Shown here: piece by piece, positions 39,739 through 53,678 of the stretch
How positions within the stretch are numbered: position 1 is the stretch's first letter
Layout of the letters: the number at the start of each line of letters is the position of its first letter
Source: Octopus sinensis
Lineage: Eukaryota
NCBI RefSeq assembly: GCF_006345805.1
Contig: NC_043016.1
Span: 15,376,001 to 15,440,000 of the forward strand
Reading direction: 5' to 3'
DNA length: 64,000 nt
The notes under the pieces: model-generated
The model's input: the letters and a program-made list of their open reading frames with translations, nothing else
What the model was told of the DNA's origin: nothing
Database searches by the model: none
Position numbers and translations under genes: made by a program

Positions 39739-41112
39739 CCACCACAGCCATCACTGAAACTTATCAGTGACGCCACATGTTTCATATAGTCACATTGCAT
39801 ACTGTTTAATTACAAGGAAATATAACTTCTTTGCATTTTTACAATATTTCGTAATAAAATTTTGATATTTAGCATTCATGTTATTTAAATGTCTTCAAAA
39901 CCATGTCAGAAATACGGAATAAGATATTTCCTCAAATTATAAGAATGTACCACATGTGGTGCATGTGGCAGTTGTATAAAGTTTGGTACATGTGGCAGTT
40001 ACCATGTTAATGAAGTTTTATATCAAAGATCGTCCTACTATTCCTGGAAAGGGGTATTATGATCAAGACAAAACTCATTATGAGTGAAACTGCTCGTAGA
40101 TGTAAATACTACGTTTATTTGGTAAGAAGCAATGAATGTCATTCACATGGAACCTGCTACATGAGTAATTTCTATTAATACACTACCAGAAGATAACTAC
40201 TTGGGATAGTTTTAAAGCACTCTTAGATAATGTGTGTAGATTTAGATTTGGGAGATATCAAAATACTTAGCAAGATTTAATGAAATGGGTTGATTGTTGC
40301 AAGAAAATCTCAAAGAAATTTGATTAAAACCAAATCTGTAGTCAAAGAATTTGTTTTAAAATTATATTTACTCTCATTTAATACAGAATAATGAATGCAC
40401 CCCCATTCTCCTCTGATTAAGCTGAAAAAATAACAGTCAACTTCCAAACTGTCTAAGGTATATGCAGGCAATGACAGAGAGGATGGTAAAAAGCATTTTT
40501 TATTTTTAATGAAAATTTGCATAATTATCATAATTTGATATCTGAGTGAACAAGGGATAAAAACACACAAACACACACATCTCGATTCGGGTACATGATG
40601 CTGATAAGCTACAAAAATGGTAAAATATCAGTATCAATCAGTCCTGAATTCGATTGGGGGTGGGTTGTCTCCCTTGTCTATGACTTTCAGGTGTTTTAAC
40701 ATGCAACATTAAAAGGGATTCACCCCACAAGCACTAAGCATATTGCCGAACAAACAAAACACCAAACACTGAGTGTGTCCAGTTGATAATGCTTACAACG
40801 CCAGAGCCACTTTTAATTTGTAATTCAATTTAATCATTATTGAATGTGTGTGTGTGTGTGTGTGCCTGCGTGCACACACGCGCATGTAATGTATGTCATT
40901 ATTCAGCTTTATTTCAAGATTTCTTACCAATAGAGAAAGAACCAGTTTCTAACCTAGATCCAAGGCCCCTTTATTGGAATTTCAACATCAACAACAAGGT
41001 ATTATTGTTTGTTTGTATGTATGTATGTATGTATGTGCAGATTTGCATGTTTTACGTATGTATTCTCATACATATAGTTGCATATCTAGATATATTTAAA
41101 TGATATATATTT

Positions 41113-41184
<72 letters not shown>

Positions 41185-41189
<5 letters not shown>

Positions 41190-41470
41190 TCATCATCGTC
41201 ATCATCGTTTAACGTCCGTTCTCCATGCTAGCATGGGTTGGACGGTTCGACCGGGGATCTGGAAAGCCAGAAGGCTGCACCAGGCTCCAGTCTTATCTGG
41301 CAATGTTTCTACAGCTGGATGCCCTTCCTAACGCCAACCACTCCGTGAGTGTAGTGGATGCTTTTTATGTGCCACCTGCACAGGTGCCAGGCGAGGCTGG
41401 CAACGGCCACGGTCGGATTGGTGCATTTTACGTGCCACCGGCACGGAAGCCAGTCGAGGCAGCACTGGCA
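41185..41470 (-). mobile_element. Short RTE 3'-tail element with 2 UTR units
   Basis: Nearly identical to 55250-55540. Confidence 0.8.
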
Positions 41471-41879
41471 TAATATATATATATATATTTTATATATATT
41501 TAAATGATAAACTTCTGGAGAGCTTTACAGATTTTTACAATTCCAGTGATAGATTGGATCTGTAAGTCTTCGGATTAGCTTTCTCCTTCTTGGTTTTGAG
41601 AAGCCTAATTTCTCAAGATTCTTCTTGTCTTGAGACAGCATTCACCCGGGGTGGGCTGAGCTGGCTTCATTCATCCTCAATGCTGCATCTCTCACAAACG
41701 CTGACCAGACCTTGCGATTTGAGATTAATGACCGCGTGATCTCCAACCACTCCTTATTTCAGCAGCAAACGCCAAAGATATGGGGGCCTAGGTTGGGTTC
41801 CAGATCAGCCTTGACTATCATCAGCCAGGTTTTGCATTGTCCACCACATCGCTTTTGCCAACCCTGAAGGGGAACTGGG

Positions 41880-42513
41880 ACAATTCCTCATGTACAAATT
41901 TCTCAAGATTGGTATTTAGGCAATGTGTTACATATCTCAGTGCCCCAATAATTACAGGTATAAACCTGAACTCATAATTTGGATAGAGTGACTCCAGATT
42001 TCTCAATAGTTCAGTATAGGTGTTCTCTTTTTCACTGATCTTCAGCTTTATGTTAACATCCGTTGGGCAGATAATTTCAACAGCAGTACACAGTTTCTCT
42101 TCTCTATCCCAGATCATTATATCAGGTCTGTTGTGTTTACATTTTATTGAGGTCTTCACTGGTACATTCTACAAGTATTCCTTTCTGTTATGAGTGGCTA
42201 TGGCTTCTACCATACTGTGGGTTTTTATTTCTTTCTCCTCGGGATTATCCTTCTGATGGATTTCATTATAGAGTGTCCTAGCTACAACATCATGTCTCAT
42301 CGGTAGATAATACTGTGATGACATTTTCGAACAACTGATCATGATGTGGGTGATATCTTCAGTGTTAACTCCACAAAGTTTGCATCAGTTGTCATCAACC
42401 CCTAGATACCTGTAACATTCTTCATCAGATACGGGGGAAATAGTCAAGTCATTGATGGAGATGAAACTCGTCTGGTTTACAGTTTTCCCTCTTTTCACAA
42501 CCATATAACAACA
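41880..42513 (-). mobile_element. R4/Dong-type non-LTR fragment with internal deletion (RT thumb joined to CCHC and RLE)
   Basis: YRYLGVDDN*CKLCGVNTEDITHI...YYLPMRHD...KHNRPDIMIWD...EIICPTDVN...FIPVIIGAL. Confidence 0.8.
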
Positions 42514-43230
42514 TTGTGTGTATATATGTATGTGTGTATGTATGTATGTATGTATGTACATATGTATGTATGTATGTGTGTGTATGTATGTGTGTGTATG
42601 TATATATGTGTGTATGTATGTATGTATGTATTTATGTATGTATTTATGTATGTATGTATGTATGTGTGTATGTATGTGTGTGTATGTATATATGTGTGTA
42701 TGTATGTATGTATGTATGTATTTATGTATGTATGTATGTATGTATGTATGTGTGTATGTATGTGTGTGTATGTATATATGTGTGTATGTATGTATGTATG
42801 TATGTATGTATGTATGTATGTATGTATGCATGCATGCATGTATGTATGTATATATGTATGTCTGCATGTATGTATGTAATAAAATGTGTAAAAGCTTGGC
42901 CGGGCTGAAAAGTCATCACATAAGGGCATCACATGGCAACAATGAAGAATCATTTCAGTAAGTCTTGGAAATGGCTTTTCTCGTATAACAAGGATGCAGC
43001 TATGTGATATGCTTCTATGTGTGTGTGTGTGTACGTGTGTTTGTGTATGTGTGTATGTGTGTGTGTATGTGTGTATGTGTGTATGTATGTATATATGTAT
43101 GTATATATGTATGTATGTGTGTGTATGTATGTATGTAGTTATATAGGTATGAATGTATGCATGCATGCATGTGTGCATGTACATGTGTATGTATGTATAT
43201 GTGTGTGTGCATGTGTGTATATATGTATGT
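42514..43230. repeat. Compound (TATG)n/(TG)n microsatellite block
   Basis: Directly visible. Source of the MYVC/HTYI ORFs. Confidence 0.95.
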
Positions 43231-44557
43231 AGCAGAATTAGAGAAAAAGTTCCAGTGTGGAAGTAAAACCTGGAATCACAGTCATAAAGTTGTTAGCAAG
43301 AAAGAAGATAAAACTCTCTTTCCATCAGGTAAATGGCCCTGCTCAATGTGTAGGAAAGGAGTTGGAAGGAATTCCATTCACTGCAGCCAGTGTAAGCTAG
43401 AAACACCTAAGAGGTCCAGTGGAATCAAAGACAGATAAAGTTGTCTTTGTATGTGGCAGATGTGCAGGAACAATAAGTACTAAGAGCACACAGGACTTTG
43501 TCTCTCTCAAATGCCCACGAGGATCTCTTCAGGTTGTAGATAGATTTTGTAACCTAAGTGACCAAATTAGTAATGGTAGCGGATGCTCTGAAAGTATCGT
43601 TTCTAGAATAAGAGTAGAATCTCTGTTGGCAACAAATGAACTCTCTCTCAGAGTGAAAGGTAGACTGTACGAAGTTTGTGTGTAAACAAGGCATACGTAG
43701 AACTGGAGAGAAATGAAGGTAATATGCTCCACTGGATGTGCAACATCAGCGTACATGTATGACAAAGTGCAAATGTATTGAGAGAAAAGTTGGGTATAGG
43801 AGGAATCAGCTGTAGAATGCAAGAGAGAAGACTATGTTGGTTTGGAGATGAGATGCATATGAAGACAGCTGTATAAAGAAGGGCTGAAAGTGGATGATGC
43901 CCATGGAAGAGGGAGACCCAGGAAACATGGTATGAAGTGGTGAGGACTGATCTCAAGATATTGAGCTTTGTGGAGGAAATGACAATGGATAAAGATATCT
44001 AGAGATATGACATTCTTCTGAAGACCTTCCCATGTCAGCAGAACTGAGTTCTAGAAGTGCTGTGTTCCACCCACACATAACAATAAAACTCCCCACATGC
44101 CCTACCCCAACAAATGAAACTAGAGCTCTTCTCCTACTCACATTTCCTCTTTCAAGCACTATGCTTATCTCTCACTCCCCAATCCTGTCCTCACAACCCT
44201 GCTCCCTGTAGCATTGCTATCTCATAATCCCCTGCACCCTTTATATTTCCAGGTTTTCACCCAATCACTGCACTACTCTAGGCCCTTATACTTCTTTGTC
44301 AATACCCTGCCACTTATATTATGACCTCCATACCTTGAGGTTATCTGCTGGCACTTACCACCATCTACCTGCCTCCTTTTACTCGACCATCCCATTTATA
44401 TTCTGATCCCCGTCTCATGTCAGTAATGCACTTTGCAACCATCTCTCCCCTGCTCTCTCTCTCTCTCTCTCTTTCTCTTACTCTTTCTCTCTCCCTCTCA
44501 CTGGTTAACCATATATCTCCTCTACAGCAACACACCTGTTTCGGTCCCCATTCTCGA

Positions 44558-44588
<31 letters not shown>

Positions 44589-45030
44589 GGCAAGGCAACC
44601 TTGTACCTCCTCTATATCAAAACAGCTGTTGCTGCCTCCCTGTCTCACCCAACCTTTTCATCATCTGAAACAACATCCCCAATTCCAATGTCCCCACTCC
44701 TTTCAAAGGTTCTTTGTTTTGCAAAATGCAGGTGCCACTTAAAAAGCACCCAGTCCACACTGTAAAGTGGTGGGCATTTGGAAGGGCATCCAGCTGTAAA
44801 AACCACACCAAAACTAACCTCACCTGTGCTTGTGCCACATAAAAAGCACCAAATTCACTCTTCTGGGTGGTTGGTGTTATGAAGGGTATCCAGCCATAAA
44901 AACTCTGCTAAAACATTCACAGAAGTCTGGTGCAAGCTCCTGCCTGGCCAGCTCCTGTCAAACTGTCCAACCCATGCCAGCATGGAAGGTGGACATTAAA
45001 CAATGAAGATGATGATGATGATGATGATGT
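43230..45030 (+). mobile_element. Degenerate RTE LINE 3' part with CT-rich 3' UTR and (GAT)n tail
   Basis: WPCSMCRKGVGRNSIHCSQCK PHD remnant and RT thumb, pyrimidine-rich tract 44100-44700, standard tail to about 45030. Confidence 0.7.
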
Positions 45031-45059
45031 GTGTGTGTGTGTGTGTGTGTGTATTTATA

Positions 45060-45930
45060 TAAATATATATTGAGAATATAGTCTTTGTGTGTGGCAAATA
45101 TACAGGTACAATAAACACTAAAAATATGCCTACAACAGACTTTCTCAAATGCTTGGATGATCATTCAAAGTAGTAGAAAGCTGTTACCTAGGACACCTAA
45201 TTAGCAGTGGTGGAGGAAGTTCTGAAAGCATAGTTGCTAGAATAAAAACAGGCTGGGCAAAGTTCAGAAAGCTTCTATCTTTGTTGGTAACTAAAGGCCT
45301 CTCCCTCAGAATGAAGGGCAGATTGTATGATGCCTGTGTACGCACAGCTATGTTACTTGGCAGTGAAACATGGACTTTGACTACAGAGGACTTGTGAAGG
45401 ATTGAAAGAAATGAATCTAGCAAGCTCCACTGGATGAGTAATGTCAGTGTGCACACACACACACAACTGAGTGTAAATGATTTAAGAGGAAAACTGGGTA
45501 TGAGAGGCATCAGATGTGGTGGGCAAGACAGAAGACTGTGCTGGTATGGTCATGTGATGTGTGTGGATGGGGACAGCTGTGTAAAGAAGTGCCAATCTCT
45601 AATTATGGAGGGAACCTGTGGAAGGGGTAGACCCAGGAAAGTGGTGTAAACAGATCTACAGAAGCTGGGCCTCACTGAGGAAATGATGCGGCAATTTGCT
45701 ATACTTGATAAGACATGTTAAGCTAAGCAGAACTGTTGTCTTCCATGCATACAGACTTGTCCTTTTAGGTGCTGCCAGTGCCACATAAAAGGCACCTGAG
45801 TCAGTGCTGCATGAATGCACCCAGCTGTAGAAAACATGCCACAACAGACAATAGGAGTCTGGCCAGCTCCAAGTCAAAGTATCCAACCCATGCCAGCATG
45901 GAAAGCAGATGCTAAATAATTATGATGATG
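45060..45930 (+). mobile_element. Degenerate RTE LINE 3' fragment
   Basis: KGLSLRMKGRLYDACVRTAMLLGSETW...GTCGRGRPRK. Confidence 0.8.
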
Positions 45931-46340
45931 TGGTAAGAAGCTTGCTTCCCAACAACATGATTCCAGGTTCAGTCCCACTGTGTGGCACCTTTGGCAAGTG
46001 TCTTCTGTTATGGCCTCAAGCCAACCAAAGCCTTGTGAGTGGATTTGGTAGACAGAAAACTGGAAGGAGCTCATCGTATGTGTGTGTGTGTGCATGCGTG
46101 TGTATGTATGTATGTATGGATAGATGTATATATGTGTGTATATATGTTTGTGTGTGTGTGTGTGTGTGCGTTTGCCCCCTCCCCCTTCCCCATTGCTTCA
46201 CAACCAATGTTGGTTGTCATGTTCAGCAAAAGAGGCCGACAGAATAAGTAGTAGGCTTACAAAGAATAAGTCCTGGGGTCGATTTGCTCGACTAAAGGTG
46301 GTGCTCCAGTCAAATGACTGAAACAAGTAAAAATAAAAGA
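45929..46340 (+). mobile_element. tRNA-derived SINE
   Basis: Head directly after an RTE (GAT)n tail, with central segment and tail as in 796-1200. Confidence 0.8.
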
Positions 46341-46364
46341 ATATGTGTATTTGTATTTGTGTGT

Positions 46365-46373
46365 GTGTATATG

Positions 46374-46431
<58 letters not shown>

Positions 46432-46485
46432 TACATATATATACATATATATATACATATATATACATATATATATGTATGTGTA

Positions 46486-46529
<44 letters not shown>

Positions 46530-46927
46530 AAAATAAGACAAGGTAGAAAATGTTAAAATAATTTTATCATGAAGTACATTTTAGTACCTTATTCAACTTA
46601 GAGTAAAATAAGAAAAACAATTAAGTGAAATGTTTTTGTAGATATTTCCATGGTTTTTAAATAGTAAATATTTCACTTAATTTTTTTTTTTTCTCAAATT
46701 TAATTGTTTTTCTTATTGTACTCTTCGTTGAAAAAGTCTAAAAAGACAGAAACGGTACTAAATGTACTTCTTGATAAGTTATTTTAGCATTTCTACCTGT
46801 CTATTTCCTTATACATATCAATGTATGTTACTGTTCTACCTGCTACATATACATATATATATATATATATATATCTATATATATATATATATATATACAC
46901 ACAGATATATTTATATATATATATATA

Positions 46928-46960
<33 letters not shown>

Positions 46961-47178
46961 AGTAGGTGAATGAATTATCCTATGTTTATCGTCAGCATGG
47001 AAAATTCGTTGAACCGAAACCTGGGTAGCAAATTCCGTCAGAAACACGGTTGAAGCGACCTGTCCAAGGGTAGAACTCCGGGTTCATTTGCAGAAATTTG
47101 TGTGTTATATATGAATAAATGAAAGAATGGAGTCGAACGAAGATGTTAACAAAATTCCTTTACTTCGACACATTTATT

Positions 47179-47246
<68 letters not shown>

Positions 47247-47320
47247 ATATATATAATATATATTATTATATGTATATATATATATATATATAGATATATA
47301 CATACATACCTCCACACACA
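46365..47320. repeat. Cluster of long (TA)n-based microsatellites
   Basis: (TA)n arrays at about 46370-46525, 46845-46960 and 47180-47305. Confidence 0.9.
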
Positions 47321-48424
47321 CACATTTTTTCTTATACATTGTGAGCGTATGATAATGAGGTTAGGTTTCATGTATCTCTTTTAAAATATACTCCAAGGTC
47401 TCTTCATAAAAGCAATGCATTGCTGGCAAATATGTTTTATATATTTTTTTATATGCTGCTGATGTATGTAGACAGAGTTAGGAAGGAGGTATGAAGTATT
47501 TGCAATCGACAACACACGCAATTTATTTACAGAGTGAAGAGAGTGAAAAGATTAGTATTACACACTCCTATTTGACTGAATGAGGTCAGAGAGAGAGAGA
47601 GAGAGAGAGAGCCAGACAGACAGACAGAGTTCATTGACTTCAAGAGTCTAGCAAGGGGAGGTAACAGCTGAATATTTCACACACACGATTCCTACCAAAA
47701 TTTTGTTTAACTCCTCTGAAATATGAATCAGTTACGTGCACTGGTACGGGATTAAATATTATTCTAAAGACAGTCAGAAGCGGTTCGGTATTACTCTTCA
47801 TATTACAGATCATGGCCCTTTATGACTACTTATTCAATTATTCTTTATTGTTTTTTTGTGGGGTTTTTTTTTGTTTCCAATCATGACCAACACTGAATGT
47901 TGCAACTCAGCAAAATACTCTTCACTCATAAATAAAATGTAAATGATTAGACTGAGTAATATTTCTTTTTAACCACTTAGTTAGGAAGGGGATGGCAGAA
48001 TCCATATTCCTTTTTTCAGGGTTTCTAAGACAATTGGTAAGAAATGATGAAATTACCCTCAAACTAAGGCTCATGCAGGGCTGTGTTGCTAAGAAGTTTG
48101 GTTCCCAACCACTTGGTTATGGGTTCAGTCCCACTATGCGGCACCTTGGGTAACTGTCTTTTACTATATCCCCAGGCCAAATGAAACCTGAGTGAATTTG
48201 ATAGAGAGAAACTGAAAGAAGCCTGTAACTGCATGTGGATTGTTAGCAATTTTTTTCCTCCATCTTCCTTTTTTTTTTGGACTTTCCTATGTCTCCGTTT
48301 CTGAAGAAGAGCTTTGCTCAAAACATAAAACACCCTTTCTTCCCTTCCCTGAGTATCTTATTAATAGAGGATAAGAAAGTTTAACTTTCTTACCAAGTTT
48401 CAACATGCTTATGCCAGGCAACAA

Positions 48425-48456
<32 letters not shown>

Positions 48457-49034
48457 GCTGAAAGGTTTGACAGAATCCAATGGGTCCAAGAACAGCACTG
48501 TGTTCCACTGTCTGCTTTGGCAAGGTTTCTATGATAGGGTACCCTTTATAATGTCAACCACTTTACAAAGTGTACAAAGGGTGCTTTTTATGTGGCACCA
48601 GCACTAGTGAGGTTGGTAACTAATTTGCAGGATTACAAAATGTAGAGGATGTGGCGGGTGTTAGCTTCATGCTAGAGATGAAGGGTTAAATGAAGAGAAA
48701 AGGAGGGAAGGGTCAGAGCAGGTTCTTGTAGAGGAACTAACTGCATGGCTGCTCACAATGGAAAAGGAGAGAGAAAAGAGAAAGCAGGAGTCGCAAAGAA
48801 ATAGATGAAGTGTACATCCTAGTAGAAATGGGTGGGGAGGTGGTTTGCAAGAGTGTATGGGGAGAAGGAGATGAGGGGATGCAGGGGTAGATTGTAAAAT
48901 TTGTGTAAAAATAGAAAGGTGGAAGAACAAAGAGCCATGATTAGGGTGAAGATAGAGGGATGCAGAAGAGAATAGAAGATGAGTGCAGCAGGAATAATAA
49001 TGTGATAGGGTCATATACTCAGACTTTAAATTAG

Positions 49035-49310
49035 AAGGACCCCCTTCGGTCAGGAATGAGCATGGGACTGCACCTAGAAAATTCCCCTCCAAGGCACAAG
49101 TCCGGACAAGGCTGTTTATTGAAGACTATCAGTCACCCATGCCATACCAGCCTCCCCTCTCAACACCACTGATGTTATCCAAGGGAAAGACAAAGGGGCC
49201 AATACAGTTTGGTACCAGTGACATCGCAGCTCATTTCTACAGTTGAGTGAAATGGAGCAACGTGAAATAAAGTGTCTTGCTCAAGAACACAACACACAGC
49301 CCATTCTGAC
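49035..49310 (-). mobile_element. Second SINE family, head-truncated copy
   Basis: cccccttcggtca...cacctagaaaattcccctc...aaagtgtcttgctcaagaacacaac, homologous to 21441-21781. Confidence 0.7.
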
Positions 49311-50231
49311 CTCATTAAAAACAGGATGTAAAATACAAGGCTGAAATATGCCTAATCTAACAACAAAAACTGCAGAGCAATACAAGTGGTGTTGCTCTGC
49401 TAAACCTAGTATTACAGAAAAATACAAACTCAAAGTTTAGACAACATCCAAAGGATCAAAGGTCCAAGAATACCAATCAATCACAGGATTACTTTTGCCA
49501 ACCACTCCAAGAGTGTAGTGAGTGCCTTTTTATGTATCAGCGGCATGTGTGCCATTTACGTGTCACCAGTACCATCCATGACTATGATTTAACTTGGTCG
49601 AAGATCTTGATCACTTGCCATTGCCACTGTGAGACCCAACATCTGAAGATCCTGCTTCAAGGGTATTTTGCAAGTTAGGAACCTTTCAGCACCCTGTCAT
49701 ATGTAATATGCACACACACACATATATATAATATAAATACATATATACACACAGGTACACAAACATACAAGACTGAGTTCCATATGTCCTTTTCCGTATA
49801 AGCTCAAAACTGACTATGGAGTTGTTTAATCTTTTTAGACTTTTATATTGCTAATATTAAACAAAGCAGGAAATCTTTAATTAAAGGAAGACAATATAAT
49901 CACACAGTTAATCCTTAACAATGTCCCCTAGTAACTACACCAAAGCCAGACTTGTTGTATACAACAGTAAACCTAAATATGCCAAGTACATAGTAGCTAG
50001 GATTAATATAGATAACAAAATTGAAAACCTTCCCTAAATACAAGGCTTTTATTACTATTAAGGATCACAAAGCTGACCCTGTTAGCTGTGTAATATTTGG
50101 GGAATGATAGACATAATTTTCTTATTTTCCTGTTATTTTGGCATTTTTTATTTACATCCTCATACTCTTAATAGCAACTTGCACCATGTACATTTTTCAC
50201 TAATATCTCCAGTTGGGAAAAAATCGAATAT

Positions 50232-51702
50232 TCATGCATGTAGAGCAAACTGTAGTTATCAGAAAGCTTAGTAAAACATCTGCTGTCATTATTGACAGGT
50301 AAGGTATTCTAGTTTGATACAAATATTAAGTTCACACAGTGATAAAATAATAATGGAGGTGGAGTAGTATCACTGGAAGAAAGTGGGATTTGGGAGACTT
50401 ATGTTTTGTCTCCTAAATTCCAGGTCTTCCCACTCTACCTATGTTTGGCAAATACCACAGATGAAGCAAAGATAAGCAAAGAAAATCTTTCATACAAAAG
50501 TAAAAACCAAGACTTAACAAACTACAAACACACAAAATACAAACACAAATACAGAATACATACGCAAATAACTATTTACACACAAAATTCATTCTGCCAC
50601 TTATCATGAGGAAGCTACACGGCTAACAATCTTAACTTTAGCCAATGGACTACACACAAACGACTTCTGTCCACTCTCCTACCAAACAGATTAAACTTGG
50701 AGTGCATTGATTATAATTAATCATGTTCCCTCAACCGCGTTGGCCTTCTTTTTAGGTGCAAAATATACTGTGGCATGAATGTGAGAAAAGTACAAAAGGC
50801 TATAAACTTAATCATGTGTTCATTCTCTACAAACACTTGACAGAAAACATTCAGAGCATGGATTGTTTGGACTTGTTCACTCAACCGTGTCAGCCTTAAC
50901 TTATGATGCCAAACATTGTCACTTGATACTAACACACAGGGAACCTACAAAGATTTCTAAGACCAGTCATGTGACTCCTCTACTATTCAAATCCTATGCA
51001 AAACATATGCTAATTTGAGTCACTTGGTCAAAGATCTTGATTACTTGTCATTGCCTCTGTGAGACCCAACATCTGAAGATCATGCTCCACAACCTCATCC
51101 TGGGTCTACTTCTACCACCGGTTCCCTCAACAGTTAGAGATCGGCATGTCTTTACACAGCTGTCCTCATCCATATGCATCACATAACCATACCAACACAG
51201 TCGTCTCTCTTGCACACCACATCTGAAGCCTCTTATGCCCAGCTTTTCTCTCAAAATGCTTACACACTGTTGTACATGCACACTGACGTTACACATCCGG
51301 TGAAGCATACCAGCTTCATTTCTTTCAAGCCTTCACATGTTCTTAGCTGTCACAGCCCATGTTTCCCTGCCATGTAGTATGGCTGTTTGCACAAAGGCAT
51401 CATACAATCTGCCTTTCACTCTGAGGGAGAGGCCCTTTCTCACCAACAAAAGTAAAAGCTCTCTGACCTTTGCCCTGCCTATTCTTATTCTGGCAGCCAC
51501 ACCCTCGAAGCATCCATCTCCAATGCTGCCTTGGACACTTAGATAATAGAAGCTATCAACTGCTATAAAGTATCCCCTGGCATTTGATGCTAAGTTTGTT
51601 TTCTGTACATTTCTGGTGTTTATTGTACCTGTACATCTGCCACATACAAAGATATTTTCCCTGTTAACCTTGCTCTGATATTGTTGCCCATATTTTATTT
51701 AT

Positions 51703-51744
<42 letters not shown>

Positions 51745-52075
51745 TGATGATGATATATATACATATATATATTTGTGTTTGTAGTTTGTTAAGTCTTGGT
51801 TTGTACTTTTGTATGAAAGAATTTTCTTTGCTTATCCTTGCTTCATCTGTGGTATTTGCCAAACATAGGTAGAGTGGGAAGACCTGGAATTTAGGAGACA
51901 AAAAATAAGTTTCCCAAATCCCACTTTCTTCTAGTGATACTACTCCACCTCCATTATTATTTTATCACTGTGTGAACTTAATATTTGTATCAAACTAGAA
52001 TACCTTACCTGTCAATAATGACAGCAGATGTTTTACTAAGCTTTCTGATAACTACAGTTTGCTCTACATGCATGA
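50232..52075. repeat. About 300-bp inverted duplication (arms 50232-50532 and 51774-52075)
   Basis: Arms are reverse complements with about 6 differences counted by eye (roughly 98%). The spacer of about 1.24 kb contains an RTE fragment. Confidence 0.9.
51030..51680 (-). mobile_element. Degenerate RTE LINE 3' fragment
   Basis: MLHRMCNVSVHVQQCVSILREKLGIRG...RRLCWYGYVM. Confidence 0.8.
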
Positions 52076-53329
52076 TATACATGATGATATATATACATAT
52101 ATCACAGAATACACACACACACATACACACACACACACGCCTATTTTTTTATTCTCTTATTCTTGTTTCAATCACCAGACAGCAGCCATACAGGGGCACT
52201 GTCCTGAAGTGTTGATGACACTGACCCTAGTGCACATTTTTTAGTCTTGTACTTACTTATCTTATCTTGAAAGAGAGCACTGCTATTTTTCAAGTGGTGT
52301 CAACTAAAGATAGACATGGAAAGATACACACACAAACACACACACACACACTCCACACACCACACACACATACACACACATATGTACATACATACATGCA
52401 GTCCTACATCACGTATATGTGTGTTCTAATGTGAGATTGACTGAGAAACAAAATATCTAATAATGTCTAATGCTTCTCGTACAGTCTGAATGTCCTCTTT
52501 AGGGATCAGTTCTTTCTTACTGTTACTATTTCTTAGCTCTAAGTTATCACCATTTGTTTACTCTTATGTTGTTTTTTAAAGTAATAAACTGGTGAATTCC
52601 CAGGCAGCATTTATATTTATAATGCTGTGGACACCGCCAGATTGAGTGGAACTGCCAAAGTATCGAAACCACAATGATATCCGTTTGGGCAGCTTCTACA
52701 TATAGAAGAAGGCTATTTTCTTGAAAAGATTAACATCTTGTCTGTTTTCCTGCTAACAAGAATTTTTGATTTTTTGAAAGTTAACTTTAAGACCCATTGA
52801 TTCCAGGTTTTGCTTCCACACCTACAGATTCTTTTCTAAATTCACTACAGATGTGTGTGTACGTATGTATGTGTGTGCATGTGTGTGAGTCTTTGTGTGA
52901 TGCACACATGCCTTATGTGTGTATAAAAGCAAGCCCAACAGCTCAATCATCATCATCATCATCATCATCATTTAGCGTCAGTTTTCCATGCTAGCATGGG
53001 TTGGATGGTTTAACTGGAGTCTGTGAAGCCGGAAGGCTTCATCAGGCCCAGTCAGATTTGGCAGTGTTTCTATGGCTGGATGCCCTTCCTAACGCCAACC
53101 ACTCCGTGAGTGTAGTGGGTGCTATTTAATGAAAATATATATATAAAATATATAGTTACAAATTGAGATAGGGGTTGTAAATGCAACCCTCCATAGGATA
53201 ACATATATCCAATATACTGCTAGTGAAGTACCCAACAAAGTTAATACATAAATGTTAAGGATTGCGATGCAATCAATTCATTTACTGTATTATATGGGCA
53301 AAGGTAAAATGATTTACCACAAATTACTA

Positions 53330-53678
53330 ATACAAGATAAGAAAATGGAGAAATACATCTAAATCAAATATCAATTACCAGATAATACTCAATCACATAC
53401 TTATTAAACCACTACATAAGAGACTGTAGGGTTAAATATAAAAAGCAGACCAAATCAGTGTACTTAAAGGAATGTACATAAAAAAGTGTACATAAAAGAG
53501 TAATGTTGTATAATATTCTACTTATTATATAACATTCCTTTATGTACACTGATTTGTTCTGCTTTTTATGTTTAACCCTACAGTCTTCTTATGTGGTGGT
53601 TTAATAAAGTATGTGATTGAGTATTATCTGGTAATTGATATTGATTTAGATGTATTTCTCCATTTTCTTATCATGTAT
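53330..53678. repeat. Long palindrome / hairpin
   Basis: atacaagataagaaaatggag...cagtgtac (left) is the reverse complement of gtacactg...ctccattttcttatcatgtat (right). Centre about 53516-53522. Confidence 0.85.

Noticed and set aside
42385-43232. Long MYVC/HTYI/YIYI-type ORFs (also at 28-305, 18689-19037, 23771-24136, 46198-46556, 53568-53902)
   Set aside because: These are translations of (TATG)n, (CA)n and (TA)n microsatellites, which lack stop codons in several frames.
52009-52063. Possible 55-nt cassette exon (AG...CAG|GTAAGG) in the right arm of the inverted duplication, on the HHAT strand
   Set aside because: The acceptor lacks a polypyrimidine tract, the length shifts frame, and there is no homology. 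It needs RNA evidence.
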